DNA of 63,955 nucleotides, the filler included, from Collodictyon triciliatum (lineage: Eukaryota): NCBI GenBank assembly GCA_043381765.1. It is 5 parts of 5 records of this genome, joined end to end, with 100 filler letters (N's around TTAATTAATTAA, not from the genome) between each part and the next. Parts side by side here need not be neighbours in the genome. Positions count along the whole stretch, not along the records: positions 1 to 18,677 come from JBHJMP010001356.1; 4 more parts are not named here. One strand, written 5' to 3'. Numbering within the stretch: position 1 is the stretch's first letter; every line of letters starts with the position of its first letter. Positions 1-16,408 of the stretch are shown here, one piece after another. The position numbers and the translations under genes are program-made. Under the pieces are notes generated by a model. The model was given only the letters and a program-made list of their open reading frames with translations. It was not told the DNA's origin and made no database searches.

Positions 1-100
1 AAAAAACAAAAAACAAAAAAAAAAAAACAAAAAACAAAAAACAAAAAACAAAAAACAAAAAACAAAAAACAAAAAACAAAAAACAAAAAACAAAAAACAA
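1..100. repeat. (AAAAAAC)n microsatellite
   Basis: Direct reading. Confidence 0.95.
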
Positions 101-103
101 CAG

Positions 104-853
104 GCCAAGCCCCGCAATCCTCGCCCGCCTGCCCGCAATCGCCGCAGGCTGCTGGAGCTTCTTCAGCGCAAACTCACTGTCAATCCTGACGGAACCCCGA
201 TTCAGCCAAACACCCGACCGCAGACTTCGCCCCCGCGTCTGCGAACAAACGCACTTCCAATCTCGCGCCCTTCCTCTTCTCCAACGCGGCATTCCTCCTC
301 GCCTTCGTCACAACGCTACCTTTCTCAGGTATCGCCGCCATCGGCACACCATTTACCCATTCGGACGGCCGTATTTTACTGTGTGCATCTAACGCATCCG
401 CTTTGCTTAATTTTCTTATTTGCTTTTTTCTTTTTTCTTTTTCTTTTTATTTTTTTGTTTTTGCTTTTGTTTTACGTGGATATAATTGCAATATGCCATT
501 CGGAATCCAGTCGGGCTCGTCGCTGCCTTCTTTCATCAAAGTCGACAACACTCCCAAACCCCGCGAGCCAGTCCAAATGCCCAGAAGGGGGTGAGTCATG
601 TAAAAGTAACAAAACCAAAAAAAAAAAAATATAGAAAAAATAGAAAGAAAAACTGGAAGTAACTCAGGAAGCCATGCAGAGCCTCCGCAAAGACAACGTC
701 GATGCCTTTTTTGCGCTCGCGATCGGCCGACTTTGCCAGGTTTGCCAGTTGTCTGATTCCCCGCGCGATGGCTCCACCAGAACACGCACGCACTTGATTC
801 CCTCGCAGTCCCAAGTTCTCACAGAGCCGCCAAGCAGGTCCTTCTCGTCGTGA
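104..853 (+). CDS. Probable 3' exons of an unknown Pro/Ser/Arg-rich protein (partial)
   Basis: AG acceptor at 102-103 is followed by a GC-rich open frame (AKPRNPRPPARNRRRLLELLQRKL...). Further exon-like GC-rich blocks lie at ~490-590 (GTGAGT donor) and ~668-853. No recognisable domain; frames are uncertain. Confidence 0.3.
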
Positions 854-1457
854 CCAGACGCGGCGCTTGCACTCTGCAAATGGGAGACTGCTTGGCCATC
901 GCCCGCTGCAAAGGCTCCACGCGCGTGTCTTCGAGAGGAACGGCAACATGAATACTCTTTATTCTTTTTTTTTCTCTCTCTCTCTCTTATGTCTTCACTA
1001 TTTGATGCTGACTCTGTGTATGATAAAGTCTATGCCGACACCTGGGGCCACAGTCTGAGGATGGACACCGCCGATTAGAAGGGTCGATGAATCAGCTGCG
1101 CACACAGAAGGCGACGCATCCACAAACATCCTACTTTTTTTTGTTTGTTTGGTGATATGCTGCACTCTGTTTCTCTTTCTGCGCCAGTTTTGACCAACAC
1201 GCATTTATGCTCGTGTTGTCGCGCAACAGGTTAAAAAAAAAAACAGAAAAGATAAGATGATGAATAGGAGGGGAAGCGGTAAGCAACAGAGGACATCAAT
1301 CGCCCTATGCCAGCCACCACAACACGCCCCAACAACAGAAGAAAATGAAATATAATAGTGAAGTATGAAAATAGAAAGAAAGAAAGAAAAAAAGAAAGGG
1401 AGAATCAAACCAGAAGCTGGAATGCCACTGCGAGAAGCCGGCGACGGCAGCAGGAGC

Positions 1458-4400
1458 CTAAGCCGCGCGCAGGGGAGCCAGGAGCAGCTGGCGGACCTTG
1501 TCGGGCATGAGGATGTTCTCGTCGATGGCCTTTGCGACGGCGGGCCAGGTGAGGCCTTCGTGTGCCGCACCGAGGGCGGCGTTGGTGCGGACAAGCGCGT
1601 GCCTGGCCAGATGGTGCGCGAGAAAGTGTGCCTCGGCCTCGTCAAAGACAGGGACCTCCGACACGCACTTGCGCAGACCGGCGGCCTCGAGGTAGCGCTC
1701 GACGAGGTATTCGCTGCGGATGCCCACGCCGTGCGTCTGCATGATGGCCTCGTAGTCGTACGGCTTCAGGACCCGGTCGATGCCCCGCAGCACGCGCGGG
1801 TTGCCGATAAAGAACTGCACGAGCCGCTCGATTCCGTGCGTCAGCGGCGTCACCGCCCCGTTCCAGCCCAGCAGCGTCGGGTCGTGAGCGTCGCTGGCGT
1901 CGGCCTGTTTTGTTTTGTTTTGTTTTGTTTTGATTTTGTTCGTTTGATTCGTTTTGATTTTGTTTTGATTTTGTTTGATTTGTTCGTTCGTTCGTTCGTT
2001 CGTTTGTTTGTTTGTTTGTTTGTTTGTTTGTTTGTTTGTTTGTTTGTTTGTTTGTTTGTTTGTTTGTTTGTTTGTTTGTTTGTTTGTTTGTTTGTTTGTT
2101 TGGTTTGTTTTCGTTTCTTTTGTCGGTAGGGTGAGAGAAAAACATACCCGGCGGCGCTGTGGGTCAAACTTGTCGTACTCGTCTCGAACAACAAGGTAAG
2201 AGTCAGAGCCCTCGTATTCCGGAACGGAGATGTACTGAACGTCCTGGTCTGATCGCAAATGAATTGGGAGCGTTCTCTCTTAATATTCAACGAGAAAAAA
2301 AGAAAAGAAAAGAAAAGATAAAGGAAATAGAAAAAGAGGCAAGGAAAAGGAATTATGCAAACCAGCATCGTCGTGGTTCTTTCCGCCCTGCGCTGCTTGC
2401 TTGGCAACTTTCTCCTTGAGCTCCTGTGAATCGGGTTTTTGATATGAACTCATACGAAAATATTAAATTGTACAAACAAAAAAGAAAAAGAAAAAGATAA
2501 AGAAAAAACAAAATGATTAAGCAGGCCATACAGACATGCACAAAGCTTGCTTTTATAACGCCCTCAAAAGGGTGTTGCATTTTTCATTCGTTTCCCTTGG
2601 TGGGAATTGCATTACCTTGTTGTACTCTGCGGCCTTCGCATCTGCCTGTTCTTTGGTCAGGCCGCGGTCACGAATCTGAGTCCAGTTGACGTGCGCAACC
2701 TACGAAAGGAGCCATCACACCAATTCATTAAAATACAGTCATTCGGCGTAGATTATTGTAATTTTTTATCACAATTTGACTTATAAAAGGAGAGAGACAT
2801 GTGCTAATAGCATTAAAAGCAGCATGTAGAAGAGATTCATATCGGGCAAATCCTACCTTGACGTCTCGCCCGGTCATTCTGTGGATGACGTTCTTGACAA
2901 TGTCGGCCAAGATGTTCATATCGATTTCGTACTCGTCATTTCCAACATTGAAGGTGCGGTCAATGAGATTTGGCCCTTTGAATTCCCCCTCAAAAGTCAG
3001 AAGGCGATACTGTCCATCGACTTGGTCATTCACAAACAAGAAGCTTCGAGTCTGTCGCCCAGAACCATAGATTGTCATAGGCGAACCTAGGTTTCGATTT
3101 GGGAAGCTTTAGAAAGATAAAAAAGATACGTTGTGGAGGATAAAAAAATATCATTTTGATTCCTGAGGCCAAAAGCAAGAAGCAAGAAGCAAGAAGCAAG
3201 AAGCAAGAAGCAAGAAGCAAGAAGCAAGAAGCAAGAAGCAAGAAGCAAGAAGCAAGAAGCAAGAAGCAAGAAAAAAAAGCAAAGCAAAAAGAAGCAAAAG
3301 TCGTTCTTTATAGCTTATATTGAGTGTGCTGGAAAAACTGTAAGGTAAATGGTTTGTGTACCAATAAGAGCCTGGTGAACGAAGTTGGTGACCACACGGC
3401 CATCATCGGGTCGCATAAGCGGGCCATAGCTAGTACAAGTGGACAATGAAAAGATTGGCTTTGACAATAGTGACATGCAGACGCCCTCATTTCAACTCAT
3501 GCGGCATTTTTTGTACTTTTTCAGTCAAGGCAGTTCTACCATGACAATCTGGGCGACTTACGTGTTGAAGATACGAAGAATGCGGACATCCAATCCACGG
3601 CGGAAGTAACTGTCAGCGAGCGTCTCTCCAAATCTTTTGCTTTGATCGTATTGACAGCGTTTGCCAGTAGTGTTCACATTGCCAAGATAAGTCTTGTATA
3701 TCGTTGGAAAACAAACAAAAATTATAAATAAATCAATATCTTAGTCATTCCGCCACTTGAAAAAGGGGAATACTTGAATATAAAATAACAAAATGTGCAT
3801 TTATAATTCCAGATTTTGTTCACCTTCTGCTGAGGATGGTTGAACGGGTCTCCGTAGACTTCGGATGTCGAAGTGAATACGAACCGGGCGTTCATCTGCT
3901 TCGCGAGTTCAAGGGCTATATAAGGTGTGATGGAATAGACTAGTATCAGAATTCATGATGAAAAAGAAATATGAAACTCCCTGCCAGCGGGGATTCATTA
4001 TTATATAAAGCCATAATAAGAACAAGAGGTCAAGCGACTCTAGATATTTGCACAAAGCTGGGTGGCATTGTTGATTTTCTAACCAAAAATTGATCCGTCA
4101 ATGCCACAGCGAAGGGTGCCAACCATGTCCTTGTAATAAAACTCAGGACTGGCCAAACTAGCCCCGTGGTATACAATCTTCACTGGAACCTATTTACCAT
4201 GAACATATATTAAAAGGCTGCAAAACCCAAAAGATTTGATTTAAACTTCCTTTCAAACATGGTAGGACGCTGTATATTTTTCACTTATAGGATAACTTGA
4301 ATTCCATTTTCCTTATCTTCCTCTTACATAAAATTAGTATGGATACCTCATCTGATACGATGAAAGGATGCGAAACATCAAACTGGATGAATTGGAAGTC

Positions 4401-7400
4401 TTCGCAGAAGCGCGGGTCGTCCAGATACTGAGAAAGATTCTCCTTGACACCAGCAGCCAGATTGTCTACCGAAATCACTTGAAATCCCTCACGCAGAAGC
4501 TTTCCAATCAAATTACTGGCGAGAAAACCAGCACCGCCAGTCATGAAAACGACACCTCTCTTTTCTGGATTGATTTTGAGTTTTCCAACGCCAGGGAAGC
4601 GAACAGAGCCATCAGGTTGGCGAATGGGACCGATATAGAACTTGAACTTGAGTTCTGCGTCAATGGAGCGCATCAGGGGGGTGCTTGGGTTGGCAGGCTC
4701 CTCCAGCTTGGTGACATAATTGCAATCGTTAACGAAGAGTGAAAAAAGCATGGAAATATGCAGTAATGTTTGTCACTTGCAAGCCCATCTGTACTTGTCT
4801 CTTTTTTAACTTATTTGTTTTACAATTATATTCAAAATGGCAGTTTTTTTTTAAAAGCAAGATGCAAAAATAGCATTGAATTTAGCCACAACGGCTTTTA
4901 GAGGCATACCTGAATCACGGCGCTGTGTTGATACAGAGAAGACACTGCGTGGGTACCATTTTGAGAATTTGACGAGGACGACAGATAGTTATCCAAAATG
5001 GATGCAAAAAGCTGGGATATCAGATAAGTTAAGTTGCCCAGCAGTTCATGTGAGCCATTTCGACAAATTTCCAGGTACCAAACAATAAAGTCTCATCATT
5101 ACTATATTCAAATTGAGTAAATAGGATGACTTGATCACAATACCTGAGCAGGTGCTTCGTTTGCCTTCCACGCAGGGAATGTTCGGGCCAGGCGCAAGGA
5201 GTTCTGAACCACATATGATGGGTCGCAGAAACCAAGAATTACGGGAAGCTTTTCGGGTTGAAACGAAATGGATTTGTTGTGCTTCTGCAGGATTTGTGAC
5301 GCAGCTTCTATAAGCTCGTGGATCGAGGATTGCTATAAAGTGGAGGAAAGCTTTGCATAAGAAAAATGGTGCATCACTTGTGTGTCAAAAGAATTCAACT
5401 CATTCATGTATTCATTTTCTTTCATATCAGGAACAACATATGCCAGGGTGGGTTTTTGTTTTGTTTTGCGTTCATTTCCGCTTATCGATAGTTCCATGTC
5501 CATGTGGGCTAGCTGCCAAATGGTTGCCTGGCTTCATCCTAACCTGAATGTTGGAGACGTTGAACACTCGGAAGCGCTCAAAGTTGAGTTCCATGGTCTT
5601 CTTTGGGTCGTCGATGACTGGGTATTCGATCATCAAATGAAGGGCATCTGCTGCGGCGTCGATATCAAGAATGGACACCTTCTGGGCAGTCTCGTATGCA
5701 GGAACACCAACGTTCACGACATTCTCTCTTTTCAGCAAGTTGTTATGACCACGTCAGTTATTATATTGATTGTTTTTTTAAAAAATGAAATGAAGATACT
5801 GCGAGATGAGGGTCCTTTTAGGGATGGGTGTTGGGAGAAATTACCCAGTTTTGACTGCATGCGCGATGGAAGTGAAAAGGTCTCCAATAGCAGAGGACTC
5901 TTGTGAAATGGCTTGCTTGCCGACAACCGTACCGATGCGAGCAATTATGGTATCAACCTGTAGTGTAAAATCGATAAAGTTAGAAAGTTTAGTTTAAGGG
6001 TAACAGAGAGTCCTGAAGAATTCGAGCGAATAATCAAAAAGGTAGCATTTGAACGAGGAAAAGGAAAGACAGCACCTTTAGTTCACGGTTTGCAACACTG
6101 ATCCATGCCTCCACAGTTCTGATGGTTTCTGTCAACGGGGCAATGGGCCCGGTAGTACTGTGTAGTTTTGCAGTAGGAGAGAGGTCAGTGAGTGAGGATA
6201 GGTTGGGGTGATGTCGACGACAGGTGTTCATCCCCATAGGTCATCATTTTGATTTTGTCCTTATTGTATACATTATAAAAATGGTCGCCCATTATTCTAT
6301 GTTGTTGCATAAAATAACAATTAAATAGAGCTGAAGACCTTGTATATCCTCGAAATTCTTCAGGGATTCCGGTCTGGACAGAGGCTTTGATGGCATCCAG
6401 GGCCAAAGTCGCATGGCTATCAAAAGGATCACCGTAGATCAAAACACTGCTAACAAAAATCAGGCGGCTGTGGTTGCGGCGTGAGAACTAAATGAAAATA
6501 AAAATAATAATAATCATTAAGCTCTCAGTAAAGCAGCAGACATAAACTTGAAACAAACATTGCACACATAAAACAAGATAAATGGAGACTTTGGTAAGTG
6601 TTTGCGACGTTATTCGACAAATAAGATACATTGCCTTCTGAGATGGATTTCTTTCGAATGAAATACACGGCTCACTTCAATGACACGCTCGGCCACCAGC
6701 GGCAGGCGCATGGAGTTCCGGTCGTTCATGGAGTCAGTGTCTTGGACGGCCTTGATAGAGTAGACTATCGGAAACAGGTAGACAACATGGACCTACAGGC
6801 ACGGAAGATTGTGGATCATTTTGATTTCTTCTCGAATGAGGCAGTGAAGTCCTTCCAACAAATGGGAATTCTCTCACACCCAAAAACAAGTATCTACGAG
6901 GACAAAATAAAACGCGGCATATGGCGCTTCACTAGACAGAGACAGCACAAGAGACATATTCTTGCAAAACATACCGGTCCCTCCACCTCAAACTCGCGGA
7001 TCAAGTCCACACTCTTGACCTGGTAGAACGGATTCTGGAACAGATCCTCATACCCATCAAGCCTAACATAGAAACACGATGAAAAGCGCAAGTTAGTTTT
7101 TTTTTTTTTTTAGTGAATAATGAAAAAGAAATGCGGGACATAAATATTCTAACAGAACGCAACAAAACACCAAAAAACAAAAAAAAACCAAAACTCACAG
7201 ATTCGGTGCACCAATCGAGTCCACCAAGTGCAGAACAAGGCCGTCGCCTGCGGCAATCAGCTTGCGAGCCAGCGCAAACTCCAGCGGATGCGAACCGGAG
7301 CCGGCAATGACGATCCTCTTTTGCGGCAGATGCAGCCCGACAGACTGCGCAACCGAGACTGCGTTGAAGTCGCCAAAGTCCAAGACGCGACGCGCAAGCA

Positions 7401-7617
7401 CAGCGGCAACGGCGTCCTTCGACACCCCGGAATCTTGGGCGAAGCGGCTGCTTTGTTGGGCCCACGCAATTGCCGCGGCAAAGTCGCGCTTTTCAAGCAG
7501 CTCACGCAACGGCCGATAAGCCGCAAAGCCGTCGTCCAGAGACGGCGACGAGAAAGTAGGCGACGCATCCACACTGATGATGCGGCGCTTCTTTTCGACG
7601 GCGGGTGATTGGCTCAT
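1458..7617 (-). CDS. Multi-exon tandem extended-SDR protein: degenerate N-terminal epimerase-like domain plus C-terminal UDP-glucuronate decarboxylase (UDP-xylose synthase)-like domain
   Basis: Spliced C-terminal half reads [134 protein letters not shown]. The N-terminal half shows the same motif order in degenerate form. ATG at 7617, stop at 1458, GT-AG exons join in frame. Confidence 0.85.
1905..2115. repeat. Compound (TTTTG)/(TTCG)/(TTTG)n microsatellite in the last intron of the SDR gene
   Basis: Direct reading. Confidence 0.95.
3173..3270. repeat. (AAGCAAG)n heptanucleotide repeat, intronic
   Basis: Direct reading; about 14 units. Confidence 0.95.
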
Positions 7618-8269
7618 GGTTGATTCCTGCAGGGGCGTATTTGTGTTGAGCCTTTCTGCTGGCTGTGCTTGTGGTGGATCGTGGCTTTCTCTTTCTCTCT
7701 GTTTCTCTCTCACGGCAAGAAAAACGGAGTGAAAGAAGAAAAAAAAGAAGAAAAAAAGGAAAATGAATAAAAAAAGGAAAAGGAAGGAATCGTATTATTC
7801 AGCTGGTGCAAACCTCCTGCCTCCACTTCCTCTTATTATGCATATATACATATATTGAATTAGCCATATATTAATATGATAATTATTCTAAGAGTGGTCG
7901 CGTTGAAGTGAAAGCTTTTAGAGTCTCTGCTTGGAGGCGGTACTGCGCCGAGACTCCTCCTTGGTTTGTGGTCTTTTGCTTGCGGTGTCTCTCGCGGGCA
8001 GACTTTGCAGGCGCGTTCGAGTTTCTCGCTTCGAAAGAGCAGCGATGGAAAGCGATGCCGTGTGTCTCTGATGTGTCCAATCGGATAAATCGCTGTTTGT
8101 GATCGCTTCCGTGTCGGGATTCTGGCATCCAAATAACAGCCCACAAATGGCAATGGCGGCAGGGATGTTTTTGAATGTTCAAAGCGCTCATCTTGTTCTG
8201 GAAATCTAGAGTGGGTGCGTCGACATTCAGCACCCATGATGCGTATTTATGACCATGTGATGCGTTGCA

Positions 8270-12455
<4,186 letters not shown>

Positions 12456-12917
12456 TTGGTGCTGCTTTGCCAAAGAATGCTCCTTTCAAGCCTTGGGATA
12501 TTCTCTATGAAGAAGCAAATGGCCAGCGCAACAGAAGGAAGGCCGCACAAGAGGGTTGGTTGTAAGGAAAATGTAAATAGAATGACAACGAGAAAAGAAA
12601 AATGAGAAATCCAAAGGATAAATAAAATAAGAATAAAGTGAGAAATAAGAATATTAGAAAAGAAGTCAGTAAAAATGTGCAATGAATGATATTGAGAAAA
12701 TATATAAAAAAAAAAAAAACAGCAGAATATTTTTTGTAAGTGATGAAGAGAAAAACTGACACAATTTTGAATATTTGGATTTTTGAAAGCTTCTAATATC
12801 GTTTCTGGAATTTATAGATATTTGTGTCAATCTGGAAAATTTGCCGCGCGAAGTTTGCGGAATTGTGGCTATTGCGAGCATTATTGATTATCACATCATG
12901 CTGTATATTCGTGATGT

Positions 12918-15499
12918 CTACATATCAGACATGACTACGGTGGGCTCGTCATCTGGTGTTCTGCGTCGACCTTGCTCGGTTCTTCCGTCGCTGGAAAGTA
13001 GAACAATCGCCATCATCACAAACAAGTCCCAAATCAAGAAAGTAACTGGACATAGCGAAGGCGCACCCGAGCTTGGCCAGTTTGTCGACATTGCTTTACA
13101 CCTTCTCCCTATTTATGGGGGTAAGCCTTTATCGACAATAGGCATGCATAAGCTCTCGTGGGTTTTGAAGGGATTCGATATATCACAGATAGGAAGTAGC
13201 CGCTGTCACAATCTTTGCAAGTAAAACATAATTCAGCGTCGCATAATCGATTCATTTCCCACCTGACTTAATCTCATCCGATGTATATTGGCAATTTGCA
13301 CAATAGTAACCACCGTAGCATTCGCATCTTCTTGTCTGCTTATTACAAACACCCTGAAATTTGCAGTGCGAGTTGGAAGTACAAGGCTCTCCTCCAACAT
13401 CTGCACATTGAGATACTGGGCCGTACAGCAGTTTTTATTAAAAGAGAACGTTGAATCATTTGATCAAACCTTTTATACTGGGTTTGAAGGTAGGTTTACC
13501 TTCATCAAGCTGCCATTGTTCCATCGAGCACCGACCGCACTTAAACCCAGGGTTGCATGAACAAGTTCCATCTCTGTGAATAATTTCAGTACGAGTGCGT
13601 GCATTTAGTGATTGCAGTCGAGCGTGAAATATTCGATGGAAATGAGAAAGAAAAAAAAAAGGTAACACGTGGCGGTGATGATAGAGTATAGCTAACAGAA
13701 TCGAAGAACAGAAACATTCAGAGTAGAAAATTCGACATTTGCTCCTATATTTAAAAGCTACTCGCAGAGTCCTCCTTTTTTCGCGCCGTTGCACTCCGAA
13801 GAATCTGTGCAGTTGAGCCCACCACCGGATATGGCAGAAAGAGGAGAAGGGGGCATCTTATATTCCGGGCATTCACGCGCTAAATGAAGATATTAATAAA
13901 TTCTTTATCTGAAAATGGGAGAGATGCGGCGGCTTTTAATGACATATGACTTTTATGAGACCATATTTTCCTATGCCAAAGTATAATGATTACTTTTATC
14001 CCAGTCGCTTTGCTTCATCTGACAATTTGTGCACATGTACCCGGTGTAGCAAGAGCAAATATTGTTATCACAGGAGCCTGAGTTGTTGCACGAATCCTCA
14101 TCCCAACAAAACCCGCCCCCCACGCTGTTGGTGCTATTAAACTTCGGGCAGCCAACAGCTACATAAAATAATTTGTAGAATCACGCCAGTAAACTCTTAT
14201 TTATCTAAATTAAGTGAGGTTTCTAGCAGTCTTAAAAGGAAAAGACTTACCAGGGTTATAGTTTCCTCCATTAATCTGACAAAAATCACAATAAAACCCA
14301 CTGTTGCATGAGCATTTGCCATTGATGCATCTTATGTTATGTATAGGGATATGTAGTGTAGGATTAATGATAAGCATTTTCGGTAGATTAGGTGGAGGGA
14401 AAAATGACAAAATACTAATATTACTTTCCGTTATTATAGCAATCTTTATTGGCCTTGCACATCCCACCCCCAGAAGGCGGCATGGGAAAGGGCTTCAGAC
14501 ACCTCTTCCCTTTTTATTTTTATTTTTAATGGTAAGTAAATTTGTAATAAAATCAGGTGCGTAAAAGCCATTCAGATCAATGCGAGTTCTAGTTTGAGTG
14601 ACGCAAACTGAAATATATATATCTATCTACGATAGTAGGGATTCAAACCAGAGGCATATTCGTTCACCGAGAGTTGGCAGTTAGGACACACATATCCTGA
14701 ATAACACTGACACTTCCCAGAATCAGAACAAGAGCTTTGAAAATAAATAGTTTCGTTTTGTTTGTTTAACTATTTAACTATTTATTCATATTTTTTTTTT
14801 AAAAAAAAGAGACATCAAATTAAGAGTTATGATTTTGGGCATTTTCTCAGACAAATAAGCATTTCGTGCGTATTCGAATGAAAAATTCTTTAGTGAATTC
14901 ATATTCACATGCGGTCGCACGGTTCATTCCTAATTTCAAAGAAAAAGCTGCATACCCATGAGACGAGCAGCTCAAGTCACCGACACAGGGCGCGTTGCCT
15001 ATGGCGGGCATGGGCGGTCCTTGGAATGACGGGCAACCGAAAGCTTCAAAGAGATATTTTCAACATATTTGATGTCAAACGATTATTCAAAAAAAAATCA
15101 TGTGAAACAATATGCTACATACAATTTTTGGGCACATACAAAATTATTGAATTACACAGACAAAACAAAGGAAACCTGGAGCGTATTCTTGCTGTAATAT
15201 TTGGCAATTGGGACAGGCATATCCAACAAAGCACTGGCACTTGCCGGACATACATCTTCCATTTGCACAGTCTAAATCCCACCGACACGGAGCCCCTCCA
15301 TTCTGGAATGTATCTCTTCATTAATGTGTGTGCTGTGGACCTGTAATTTTTCAATACATATATCCGGTTGCGAGAAGTAAAAATAATTAGATTTGAAGTC
15401 ATTGCTTGAGCGGCTTACTGGAGCGCCTCCTTGTGCTATGGCCCCATACACCAGAGCACAAAGAACGACAAATAATGCGCCAACTCTGAATTTCGGCAT
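12918..15499 (-). CDS. Secreted/membrane protein with about 5 Cys-rich EGF-like repeats
   Basis: Signal peptide MPKFRVGALFVVLCALVYGAIA. Spliced repeats include CVGDLSCSSHGSCSDSGKCQCYSGYVCPNC, CWDEDSCNNSGSCDNNICSCYTGYMCTNC and CTSNSHCKFQGVCNKQTRRCECYGGYYCANC. C-terminal hydrophobic stretch FLIWDLFVMMAIVLL precedes the stop at 12918. Confidence 0.8.
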
Positions 15500-16408
15500 C
15501 TATACACCAGTCTCTGGGTTGGTGAAGCCGCGGTTGTCTACAAAACACTGAATTACTTTTTTTTTTTCATAGACAAGTATCATTCCTTCTTTCTTTGTAT
15601 GGTTTAACCTGGGTCGTGTTCATATCACTTTTCCTCTTATCCGTACCTTATATTTGATTAAATTTTTGCTCTCGTTTTTATGAGAAAATGTTTCTTTGCA
15701 ATTATCATTATCATTATTTTTATACATTTTTTCGACGTCAGGTATATTCTCGCTGTCATCTGATTGTAAAGGAAACATGCGCAACAGAAGTCAGAGCATC
15801 ATTTATTTTTATATATCCCAAAAGACAAGTATTTTTATAGTCAATCAAGATGTTCGGTGGCTGTCTCCAAAAATGAGAAAGCAACGACAAACATTCATTG
15901 TCCAGGGACAATTCATAATCACTGACAATATGTTGCGTCTTATCTCGCATGGACTGGTGATTATTTTTCTGTCCTGCTTGTGTAATTTAACATTCCTGGG
16001 TTTTGAGTATTGATTCTAATAAATCATTCCAATCAGCAATCTTTTGAAAGAAATAAAACAAAACAACAAAACAACACCACAGAAAACGAAGCAAAAATAG
16101 TATATCTAAGATTGTGTTGTTTTCTGGCGCATCCTCAGATATTTTTAAAGTACGATTTAAGACTACCCACTTTTTTCTTAGCCTGCTCTTCTTTGTGGTT
16201 GGGAGGATTTTATTTGATAAGACATATTCCGTTCCAACCGGTTCAAATTCTGATTCCATATGTGCACGGGAAATACAAAAAAAAAATGCATTATTTCTAT
16301 TGGGTAATCTCTCGAAAAGCACGCACAACCAACATGATCAGATATATGCTTTGATAGAAAAACAGAGACAAACGAAATCCATTTGTAATGTGAAGCGGAT
16401 GCCTTCAT

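Noticed and set aside
1365-2129. 254-aa plus-strand ORF
   Set aside because: Antisense shadow of the GC-rich last SDR exon plus a (TTTG)n repeat.
7860-8237. 116-125-aa minus-strand ORFs between two genes (similarly 24487-24935 and 31485-31956)
   Set aside because: No recognisable motifs or splice structure; most likely UTR or promoter sequence.
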